From the NCBI GenBank assembly GCA_012727955.1, contig JAAYGB010000005.1, positions 41,800-105,799 of the forward strand: a DNA stretch of 64,000 bases. The letters run 5' to 3'. Source of the DNA: Bacillota bacterium (GTDB taxonomy: Bacteria; Bacillota; Limnochordia; DTU087; JAAYGB01). Shown in pieces: positions 11,203 through 20,500 of the stretch. The translations under genes were made by a program, and so were the position numbers. Each line of letters starts with the position of its first letter. Position 1 is the stretch's first letter. Below the pieces are notes generated by a model. It searched no databases. It had not been told where the DNA came from and was given only the letters and a program-made list of their open reading frames with translations.

Positions 11203-12438
11203 TTGCTCATACAAAGTTGCCGATGGGTAGTTAGACCCATTTCAGTCGCCGCAATCCTGCTTCTGTGCCTGCTGATGCTTCCCCATCTTGGCTATGCTTC
11301 CGATGATGGATTACCGCAGGTATATGTTTTCCCGGTCCAAAGGGAGGAAAGTCCGCCGGCGCCGATGACTCCCCCTTCCCAAAAAATATCCTCCGATCTT
11401 GGCCAGCCCCAGATGCGAGTCAAGGATATCGCTCGGGTTGATGGGGTCAGGAGCAACCAATTAGTGGGGTTGGGATTGGTGGTGGGCTTGGCGGGAACGG
11501 GAGATAGCAGCGGGGCTAGTTTGCAGATGGTGGCCAATATGTTGGAGCGTTTTGGTCTGACCATTGCGGAAAGTGAGTTGCGGTCTCGCAATGCCGCGGC
11601 GGTGACCGTGACAGCGGAGTTGCCACCCTTTGCCAGGCCTGGTGATACCATTGATGTCACCGTTTCGTCCCTGGGGAGTGCCAGGAGTTTGGCCGGTGGC
11701 TTCTTGCTCCAGACACCTTTGCAGGCCGGAGATGGGCAGGTGTATGCCGTGGCCCAGGGTGCCGTGTCCATCGGGGGTTTTGAAGCTTCCGCCGGTGGCA
11801 GCAGCGCCGCGAGAAATCATGCAACCGTAGGCCGTATTCCCTCCGGTGCCATCGTCGAGGGTCGAGTGATCAGCGAAATAGGTGCCGATGGGAGGATCAC
11901 CTGGCTGTTGCATCAGCCGGATTTTACCACCGCCAGTCGTGTCGCGACAGCCATCAACGCAGAATTGGGAGATAATTTGGCTCAGGCCATCGATGGCAGT
12001 GCGGTGGAAGTAGTGATCCCCAGTCGGTATCAGGAGAGTTTGGTTGATTTCATCACGTTAATGGAAGAATTGCCGGTGGCTACGGACTCTATGGCTAGAG
12101 TGGTAATCAACGAACGAACGGGGACGGTAGTGATCGGACATCGGGTTCGTCTCGCCACGGTAGCGGTGTCCCATGGGGGCCTGACGGTAAGAGTGGGGAC
12201 CGAGGATGTGGTTTCCCAACCGCCTCCCTTCAGTGATGGTGAAACGGTGGTTACCCGTCAGACTCGTCTGCAGGTTGAGGAAGAGCCCGGTCAGCTGGCA
12301 GTCTTGCCGACGGGAGCCAGTGTAGAGGATCTGGTCAATGCGCTTAATGCCGTTGGTGCTTCGCCTCGGGATGTGATCGCCATTTTACAGGCTATCAAAG
12401 AGGCGGGGGCCCTATACGGGGAACTGGAGACAATATAG
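11203..12438 (+). CDS. flgI: flagellar P-ring protein FlgI
   Basis: ORF 11056..12438 overlaps flgH by >100 nt; a TTG near 11203, just after a GAGGGGG RBS, gives the signal peptide 'LIQSCRWVVRPISVAAILLLCLLMLPHLGYA'. Mature part 'MRVKDIARVDGVRSNQLVGLGLVVGLAGTGD' is the FlgI hallmark. Confidence 0.85.
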   Translation: MLIQSCRWVVRPISVAAILLLCLLMLPHLGYASDDGLPQVYVFPVQREESPPAPMTPPSQKISSDLGQPQMRVKDIARVDGVRSNQLVGLGLVVGLAGTGDSSGASLQMVANMLERFGLTIAESELRSRNAAAVTVTAELPPFARPGDTIDVTVSSLGSARSLAGGFLLQTPLQAGDGQVYAVAQGAVSIGGFEASAGGSSAARNHATVGRIPSGAIVEGRVISEIGADGRITWLLHQPDFTTASRVATAINAELGDNLAQAIDGSAVEVVIPSRYQESLVDFITLMEELPVATDSMARVVINERTGTVVIGHRVRLATVAVSHGGLTVRVGTEDVVSQPPPFSDGETVVTRQTRLQVEEEPGQLAVLPTGASVEDLVNALNAVGASPRDVIAILQAIKEAGALYGELETI

Positions 12439-12453
12439 TCTGGGGGATCGGGT

Positions 12454-12867
12454 ATGTCAGGTACGATGAAAATCGGAACTCACACCGCCTATAAATACGG
12501 AACTGATACTCGCCGCAATCTGGAGAGGGGCAGCGCCGAGGGTAGTCAATTCTCTGAAGTCCTGCAGTCTACCATGAAGCAGGACGAGTCCCAGCAGCCG
12601 CGGCAGAACAAGGCGGCGCTGATGGAGGCGGCCCGGGAACTGGAGGCCCTCTTTGCCCACCAATTGGTCAAGGCCATGCGACAGACGGTACCGGAATCTC
12701 AAGGAATGTTTGCCCGCAGTAACGCGGAAAAGGTCTGGCAGGACATGCTCGATGAAGAGCTGGCTGGGACCCTAGCTGAGACTAAGTCCCTGGGGCTGGC
12801 GGAGATGATCTACCAACAACTGGCTGGGCATGTTGCCGACGACCAAGATCCGGAGTCGAGAAAATAA
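12454..12867 (+). CDS. flgJ: FlgJ-like rod-binding protein (N-terminal Rod_binding domain only, no glucosaminidase)
   Basis: 137 aa; 'LEALFAHQLVKAMRQTVPESQGMFARSNAEKVWQDMLDEELAGTLAETKSLGLAEMIYQQL' matches the flagellar rod-assembly/FlgJ N-domain; sits after flgI. Confidence 0.7.
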   Translation: MSGTMKIGTHTAYKYGTDTRRNLERGSAEGSQFSEVLQSTMKQDESQQPRQNKAALMEAARELEALFAHQLVKAMRQTVPESQGMFARSNAEKVWQDMLDEELAGTLAETKSLGLAEMIYQQLAGHVADDQDPESRK

Positions 12868-12877
12868 CAGGAGCTTA

Positions 12878-12905
12878 ACACCCGGTTGATCATCGGGTGT
12901 TTTTG
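12878..12905 (+). terminator. rho-independent terminator after flagellar block
   Basis: stem acacccg/cgggtgt, loop 9 nt, then ttttg. Confidence 0.7.
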
Positions 12906-12948
12906 TATACTGGCATGTCTGAACTGCAGACGGACTGAGGGGGATAGG

Positions 12949-13311
12949 ATGCTGGACCTGAAAATATCTGAGATGATCGCAATGCAAAGGGACCTGCAGG
13001 AAAAGAATCAGGGGAAGTGGGCACCCCTTTCACCCAAGGAGGGGCGCAGCTACCTGTTGTGGATGCTGGAGGAGATGGGGGAGGCCATAGCCATTATCAA
13101 GAAACGGGGCGAGGGGGCCATTATGGATGAGCCCGGCGTGCGCGAAGCCTTCGTTGAGGAGCTTGTCGATGTGATGATGTACTACATCGATCTGTTGGCC
13201 TGTTTTGAGATTGATGCCCATGAGTTTTCCCAAGCTTTCATGAAAAAGTACTCCAAGAACATGGCCCGGGACTATGCGTCTGAGTACAAGGAGTACTTGC
13301 AGAGTAAATAG
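12949..13311 (+). CDS. MazG-like / dimeric-dUTPase-like nucleotide pyrophosphohydrolase
   Basis: ORF trimmed to ATG 12949 (upstream part overlaps terminator); 120 aa all-alpha protein with 'LWMLEEMGEAIAIIKKRG...EELVDVMMYYIDLLACFEIDAHEFSQAFMKKYSKNMAR', typical of the MazG/dUTPase_2 superfamily. Confidence 0.5.
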   Translation: MLDLKISEMIAMQRDLQEKNQGKWAPLSPKEGRSYLLWMLEEMGEAIAIIKKRGEGAIMDEPGVREAFVEELVDVMMYYIDLLACFEIDAHEFSQAFMKKYSKNMARDYASEYKEYLQSK

Positions 13312-13456
13312 AACCGGAGATGTTAGTACCTGCTACCTAATTTCCCGATAACTACCCCCTGCTCCTATGAAGGCTCTCCCCTTTATGCATAGACTGAAAG
13401 CGTATTCGGCTTTGTTGGTAAGACCGAGTCTTAGCATTCTAGAAGGGGGATACAGC

Positions 13457-13696
13457 ATGGCAGGTAGACCAAGGGTACCGGATGAATACGATGAGTATTA
13501 CTGGGGCATGGACCCGTGGGACAGAGGGTATGACCGTCGCAGACCCCCCGGTCGTGACGATCGGGTACTGGATGCCGTCAACCAAAATACCCGCTTGTTA
13601 CGGGAAATTCAGCGAACCACCAACACCACTTTACGCCTTACCAGAGATATCCACCGTTGGGTAGAGGAGATGTGGGAAGGCGACAGAAGGCGATAG
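13457..13696 (+). CDS. small Arg/Asp/Trp-rich hypothetical protein
   Basis: 79 aa from ATG 13457; no recognisable domain; followed by terminator. Confidence 0.3.
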   Translation: MAGRPRVPDEYDEYYWGMDPWDRGYDRRRPPGRDDRVLDAVNQNTRLLREIQRTTNTTLRLTRDIHRWVEEMWEGDRRR

Positions 13697-13705
13697 CTTA
13701 GCTTT

Positions 13706-13740
13706 CGGGGTAGGTCTTACACCTGCCCCGGATTTTTTTG
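13706..13740 (+). terminator. rho-independent terminator
   Basis: stem cggggtagg/cctgccccg, loop tcttaca, then gatttttttg. Confidence 0.8.
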
Positions 13741-13830
13741 GCAAGGGTAAGTCAAATATTACCTGGACCTTGGGACGGCAGGATTACCCAGGGAAAACAA
13801 GAAATAAACAGCCAGACGGGAGTGTGGTGT

Positions 13831-15300
13831 ATGGGTAAATTTGGCGACAGATTTTTCCAGACCAGGGGAATACTATTTCTCTTATTGATCTACATAAGTA
13901 TAGGTGCAGTGGTGACTCTTGGTGTATGGGACCAGGTGGCGGCCAAGGAACCAGCCGCGGGTAACAAGGGAGCCCACTTGCAGTCGGTCAGCGTTGACAG
14001 TGACACTGATGGACTTGTGGTGCAGCTAGGTCTTGAAGGACCTCTGTCCTATCGGGTGTGGAGCACCCCTTCCCCGAGCAAGGTGATTATCGATCTCCAT
14101 AATACCGTGGTAGGAACTGGGGTACAGGGTTTTGCCCTTGACGATGTCTTGGCAAAAAGGGTGCGGATCACTCAATACCCCAACTACTCTCGGGTAGTAG
14201 TTGATCTTGCTCATTCCGTCCCCACACCGATCCATGAAGTTCAGGGCAATACGTTAATGGTATATATCAACAGAAACTACCGTCAGGGATATGAGACGTT
14301 AGTTGCTCCCGGGGTGCGATACGGGCAGTTCCGGCAGGGTGGTGAGGCTGGCCAGGTGCTTGTCAACTACTTGCGGGTCTCTCCCCGCTCTCGGGCTTCG
14401 ATTCGTCCGGTATTGGCTAAGGGGGGAGCCGGCGGCTTGGAGACGGTAGACTCCATGGCCAAGGCCCACGATGCCATTGCGGCAGTCAACGGGAATTTCT
14501 TTGCCGGCAATGGAAAACCCCTGGGATTCTTGATGATCGATGGTGAGATTGCCGGTTATCCGATATATAATCGCAGTGCCTTTGGCATCACGGCAACGGG
14601 ACAAGTGCTGATTGATCAAGTGGACGCCGTCGGCTATTTTCAATGGGCCGATAGGGAGCCGATCACCATTTCCGGCGTCAACCGGGTCCGGCGGACCGAT
14701 GATCTCATCCTTTATACTCCCGAGTATGGCAAAACCACAGGAACCAACCACTTTGGACTGGAAGTAGTGGTAGAGCAGGGTGTGGTCATTGCTTGTTCCG
14801 AGGAGGGAAATTCCCTGATTCCTCCCCAGGGGTTTGTACTTTCTGCCCATGGAAATAGCCGGGAGCTCCTCTCTGATATAGCAGTCGGTGATCCCGTTAC
14901 CGCCCATTGGGAACTGCGGCCCGATTGGATTGAGATGGGAGTAGTGCACGCCGTCGGTGCCGGCCCGAGGTTGGTGAAGGATGGGAAAATCGCGATCAAT
15001 GGAGTGGAAGAGCGGTTTCAGTCCGATGTGCTTTATGGTCGGGCACCGAGAACCGGTTTCGGAGTAACTGAGACCGGGGAGATAGTACTCGTGACGGTTA
15101 ATGGCCGCAGAGGTGCCGTTAGCGTTGGCATGACGTTGCGGGAACTGGCGGAGTTGATGATTACCCTGGGAGCAGTGGATGCCATCAACCTCGATGGTGG
15201 AGGTAGTGCTACGTTAGTTGTCAGAGATAGGGTTCTCAACCTTCCTTCCGATGGACGGGAACGGCCGGTAGGGAGTGCTATCTTGGTATTGGCGGACTAA
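13831..15300 (+). CDS. AMIN-domain protein fused to a phosphodiester glycosidase (NAGPA-like) domain
   Basis: ORF trimmed to ATG 13831 (TM/signal 'ILFLLLIYISIGAVVTLGVW'). N-terminal AMIN-like beta domain ('VSVDSDTDGLVVQLGLEGPLSYRVWSTPSPSKVIIDLHNTVV...RVVVDL'). C-terminal 'AVNGNFF', 'GAGPRLVKDGK', 'GVTETGEIVLVTVNGRR...AINLDGGGSATLVV' is typical of the phosphodiester glycosidase (DUF2233) family. Confidence 0.65.
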   Translation: MGKFGDRFFQTRGILFLLLIYISIGAVVTLGVWDQVAAKEPAAGNKGAHLQSVSVDSDTDGLVVQLGLEGPLSYRVWSTPSPSKVIIDLHNTVVGTGVQGFALDDVLAKRVRITQYPNYSRVVVDLAHSVPTPIHEVQGNTLMVYINRNYRQGYETLVAPGVRYGQFRQGGEAGQVLVNYLRVSPRSRASIRPVLAKGGAGGLETVDSMAKAHDAIAAVNGNFFAGNGKPLGFLMIDGEIAGYPIYNRSAFGITATGQVLIDQVDAVGYFQWADREPITISGVNRVRRTDDLILYTPEYGKTTGTNHFGLEVVVEQGVVIACSEEGNSLIPPQGFVLSAHGNSRELLSDIAVGDPVTAHWELRPDWIEMGVVHAVGAGPRLVKDGKIAINGVEERFQSDVLYGRAPRTGFGVTETGEIVLVTVNGRRGAVSVGMTLRELAELMITLGAVDAINLDGGGSATLVVRDRVLNLPSDGRERPVGSAILVLAD

Positions 15301-15313
15301 GGGAGGTTACGGA

Positions 15314-17326
15314 TTGGAGAGGGCACGGGACTTTAGTCGACATAGGGTTTTTGTTTTCTCATTGATGCTCTGGCTCGGATTGATGGGAGCTGTGCTTTGG
15401 CAGTGGCCCGTGGCGGCAGCCGCCGTCGAAACCCAGAGTAGTGATGCCCGGTTCATGTCTGTTGGGCAACTAAGGGAAGGAATGAAGGGGGTTGCCAAGA
15501 CCGTTTTCCACGGAACCACCATTGAAGAATTTGATGTTGAGATCTTAAGCGTTCTTCCCGATGCGGGGGCTGGTGGCGACCTGATCCTCGGGAAGGTCAG
15601 CGATGAAGTAATTGAGCGAGCCGGTGGGGTTGTGCAGGGAATGAGCGGCAGTCCCGTATATGTTGATGGCAAACTGATTGGTGCCATCAGCGGTGCCTAC
15701 CGCAATAACCCCGATGGTTTGGCAGCCATTACCCCCATTGAAGATATGCTGCAGGTGCTGGACAGAGTCCAAGGCACGGAACCAATAGCGCTCAATCCCA
15801 GTACCATGGTAGCAGCGAAGACACCGCTGATGGCTTCGGGACTAAGTTCTCGGGCCCTCAATGTATTGGCGGAACAGACGGGTTCCTGGGGGATGTATCC
15901 CGTTGAAGGCGGGCAGATGGGTTCCGGCAAGGCAATTAATACCGAGGATGTGGAAATCGAGCCTGGAGCAGCCCTGGGATTACAGTGGGTTCGGGGTGAC
16001 GTCAATCTCACCTCCATTGGAACGGTGACCTATGTGGACGGCGATAATTTTGTCGCCTTTGGTCACACCGCGGGTAACTGGGGCAAGATCAATGCCTTCG
16101 CTTCCACTGCCTATGTCAATGCCATTGTCCGCAGTCGGGATATCGGATTTAAGCTGGCCTCTCCTATTGAGACGGTGGGCACCGTCTCCGAAGATCGGTG
16201 GGCAGGAATTGCCGGTACCATCGGGCAACTGCCTCCTGTAGTCCACTATGATGTTCGGGTGCGGGATAAAGACAGCGGCACTGAGTCCAACTATCAGTTT
16301 GATGTGGTTCGCAGTGAGCAGTTTACCAGCCAGTTCAGTTCCTCGGCCTTGCTGGGAGTCCTTGACCGGGGAATCGACCGCTTGGGTCCCGGCACCTCAA
16401 GGGTAGTGTATCGAGTCTATACCGATGATCTCGAGCCCATCATCCGTGATAATGTTTATTACAGCACCATTGATATTTCTGCAGTCTCTTTGAGTGAGCT
16501 GCTGGAAGTAACGCAGTTGCTACTGCGCAATGAGTTTAAGGCCGTCGATATCGAAAGGGTGGAACTGGAGGTGGACATTGACTCCAGTCGCCAGACGGCC
16601 ACGATTGAAAAGGCAAGGCCCGCTAGAACCACCGTGGCTCCCGGAGAGTCTGTCAACGTTGAAGTGGTGATTCGGCCCTACCGAGGAGAGCGGGAAACTA
16701 AGATCATCCGTTTAGATATTCCCGAGAATGCTCAACCCAGCTCTGTGCATGTTTCCGTTCGAGGCGGTGGCTACGGATACTTGTTTACCGATTACAGCCC
16801 CTATCACGATGGGGCTGATGCAGGGGGAGAGAATAAGTCTGAGGATCCGTCGCCCCCCAGCAATGCCGAGAGCCTCGATAAGTTGATCAAGGAAGTATCC
16901 CAACGGCCTCGCCATCAGGATCTGGTCGTTGAGTTTGTTCCCTATGTGAACTCCAAGCATGGGACAGAAGACGACGAGGCGGTTCCCGTTTTTGGTGAGC
17001 CGGAGATCCAGTTTGAGGATTTTGAGGATCCATCCGGTGCAAGTGGTCCCTTTGGCACCAGGGGTCTGGTACCGGTTACTGAAGGACGGGAGTTTGGTGA
17101 GAAGACAGCAGAGGATTCGTCACCTGCCTCCCCTTGGAATGGTCAATATGCTGAGCCTGTGAGAAGCACCCTAGCTACTCAATACTACCTGGAGGGTGAG
17201 ACTGGATTTGAATTGACCATCGTGGCTCCCCCTCAGCCCAGGGACCAAGAAGGTGCTGTCAAGTCCGATGCTCCACTGGAGACCGTCGAGGCTGAACCAA
17301 TAGAAGTAGAAGTAGAGGCTGAGTAA
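15314..17326 (+). CDS. SpoIVB-like S55 serine peptidase with apparently circularly permuted catalytic domain plus large C-terminal extension and acidic tail
   Basis: TTG 15314 after an AAGGGAGG RBS and a signal peptide. Residues ~60-150 ('[14 protein letters not shown]...[32 protein letters not shown]...IEDML') match the C-terminal Ser-box lobe of B. subtilis SpoIVB. Residues ~240-320 ('[20 protein letters not shown]...[17 protein letters not shown]') match the N-terminal His-box lobe. ~350 further aa of unknown fold end in a D/E-rich tail. Confidence 0.7.
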   Translation: [670 protein letters not shown]

Positions 17327-17375
17327 CCCATTAGCTGGTTGCTCCGGAGCCTATTAAGATATTTCATCGACTGAG

Positions 17376-17412
17376 CCCCGTTGGGAGTATCACTACTCCA
17401 GCGGGGTTTTGC
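17376..17412 (+). terminator. rho-independent terminator
   Basis: imperfect stem ccccgttgggagt/actccagcgggg then ttttgcttt. Confidence 0.6.
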
Positions 17413-17502
17413 TTTGTGGGTTGGATGATATCACCAAAGGTGACCTATTCACCGGTAGCCAACTATACAATATTGCGGGCAATGCAAAGGGGGTGACCTC
17501 AG

Positions 17503-20500
17503 ATGAGACAGCAACTGGCGCCCCACCGGCTGTTGACCATCGTGGCAGCACTGGTGGTTCTCTACGGATTGGCCTTGATTAGCTTTCCTTACCTAGTGAC
17601 TCAGTTGCCGGTACAGAGTTGGATTCGGGACCGAGTCCTAGCGCGGTGGGAAGAAAGACTGGGTATTACTATGGACTTTGCCGAGATGAGACCGGCGGGA
17701 CTTGGCCAGCTGGAAATTACCGATGTAACTTTGACGGCCGATGGCGCAGCTTTGGCCCAAGTAGAGAAGATTGTGATCAAGGCAGACCTGGCCGGTCTGC
17801 TGTTGGCTTTGTGGCAACCCACGGAGGTAATTAGTTGGGTCAAGCTGATCTCACCAGAAGTGACGGTGGATCGAGCCGACTTGAGTGCCTGGCAGGTGAT
17901 GATGAATGAGTTTGTCTCCTCTGAGGCTCAGACGATGTTGACGGGAAACTTACCCTTTGCAGTGACCGTCAGTCACGGCACCTTGGTGATCAAGCAGGGA
18001 CAAGGGATCGAGGCTAGGCTCCATGGGATTAATGGTCGGGCTCACCGCCGCATAGTAATCTACGATGGAGCATTGGCGGTAGCGGCCTTGCCCGAGGAGA
18101 TCACCGGATTGGCCGGGACCGTGGCTTGGGGCCCAGGGGGTATTTCCGCTAATTTGCAGGCCAAGTTCCTGGGGGACTCCATCACCGTTGTGGGAAGGAC
18201 CAGGGGTATGAAGGGGCCCCGCCTGGAAGTTGATACCTTAACCGTTACCGGTCTGGGAGGGAAAGTCCAGGGAGTGGGACATGTTCAGTTACCGAGCCTA
18301 AGGACCAAGGGACCCCAATCCCTTGACTATCACTTCGCCCTGGTTTTCGATAATTTGCAGTTAAGTCCTTGGCTGGGGAAGCTGGTTACTGCATCAATCA
18401 CAGAAGCCCCCCCGATCCCCCTACCGACCTTTGAGGCCCTTTCCGGCACCCTGCTCATTGGCGGGGGTGGCGGTGCTCCGGAATTCATCGGAGATCTGGC
18501 TGTTACAGATCTTGCCTGGCAGGAGGGGAAGTTTGAGCACCTTCGAACGGGAATGGTCCTGACCTCTCAAGGCCTGCACATCGATTATTTCAGTTTGCAG
18601 GGTCCCAGCGGCAGCGTTGATCTCCAGGGCCGGATAGGATTGGATAGGGAACTGGATTTCATCGTCACCGTTGATGGGCTCGAAGTTGGAGATCTGCAGC
18701 TGGTTCCAGAGCTAGCGGGAGAGGTGGCTGCCGAAGCTCGGTTATCGGGGCAGTATCCGCTAGTAGAAGTGGAAGGGGTGGTCGTTGGTGATGGAATCTC
18801 CTATCGAGACCACCACCTGGGTGGGGTGGAAACGGGCTTTCGCTGGCGCGACGGGAACTTGGTGCTCAGCGATGGCAAGCTCCGCCTGGCTCAGGAACAA
18901 CTGGACTTTTCTGGACAGGTTACCCTGGCAGATCAAGGGGCCTTGGATCTTCGGATTACCGCCGACCAACTGGACCTCGGAGAGCTCGCCACCCTTGTCG
19001 GTCAAGGGATACCCGTCACCGGGCAACTGGCAGGGGGCCTTGAGATAAAGGGATGGATAGACAACTTGAGGGGAGAGGGCACCCTAACGGTTACTGGCCT
19101 TGGGGCCTATGGGGTGACCGCGGATCAGGTGACCACCGAGTTTCATTGGCAGGACCAGACGATGGTTCTGGATAGTTTGGTGGCTCAGGTGGGTGGAGGT
19201 AGGGTATCGGCCGATGGAGTCATCGACCAGACCCAGGGATGGAACCTGTTGGTTCAGGCCCAGGGCGTTGACCTGGAGTCCCTCAACCTAACTTTACGGC
19301 AGAGGCAAGGGCTCCAGGGACTCCTGCAGGGGCAGGGGAAAGTGACCGGCGACTGGACTCAGCCGCGGATTAAAGCAGAGGTCACCGTCATTGACGGGGC
19401 TGTCGGTGGATATCGCCTGGATGAGCTCAATGGGCAGGTGGCCTTCGCCCAGGGAATCATCCACCTCCCCTCCGTCAGTTTGCGGCTGGGAGCCGATGTG
19501 TACCGGCTATCGGGGGAAGTAGATTTGAGCCAGAATCCAAGGGATCCCGCCCTTGACTTGCAGTTGGATCTAGCCCAGGCTTCCCTGGAGGGTTTGACCT
19601 TGCTGTTTCCAGAGGCTAAAGAGCTGGCTGTGGCAGGACCCGTTGCTGGTTATGCCCAGGTGTGGGGGAGAATTTCCGATCCTAGCGGCGAGGCCCAGGT
19701 GATGGTGCGCGATGGCAGGATGCTGGATCAGCCCCTTGCCGCCACCGTTGATCTGGCGCTGCAGGATGGCATTCTTACCCTCAAGGAATCCCAGGTTCAC
19801 TGGGGCGAGGCGACCCTAACGGGACAGGGACAGATCGCGAATTGGCAAGAGCTGGCACTGAAGTTTCAGGCTCGGCGGATCCCTTTGGAGCAATTGCCTG
19901 GGAGTCTGTCGGTACCCGCTCATCTGTCCGGGCAAATCGATGGGGACTTGATGATAACGGGAACTCGAACTAGACCGAAGGTTAGGGGGACTATCTCCTT
20001 GGCCGAGGCACAGTACCAGGGGCATCGGTTTACCCAAGGCTTCGGTGAGTTCTTCCTCGATGGGGCTCGGATGCATTTAGACAGGCTCACCCTGCAGTCG
20101 GCCCACCATACCTTGACCGCTAGGGGACAGGTGGATCTGGCCTTACCGATCTTAACCAGCCTTGGTATCGCCGAGGTCCAACCCCGTTCTCGGGCCCATG
20201 TTGATCTGAGGTTGACCGTTGCGCCGAATCAGCAGTCGCCGAAATCCGTCAATGTCATGGGTGCAGTTTTCCAGCAGCCTCGCCTAATGAGTGATGTGGT
20301 GGTTCAGGGGACATGGCAGGATCCGAAACTCGAGGGACAGGTGGAGTTTTTCAGCGCTGAAGTAGTCCATGGGAGTTTGCCGGAGCCAGCTAGGGGTGTC
20401 AAGCTGACAGTTGAACTGGCTGGGCACGAGGTTATCCTTCGCCGACTGGACTCTCAGATGGGTCGAGGCAAAGTCTTTGGATCCGGTGTTGTCTTCCTCG

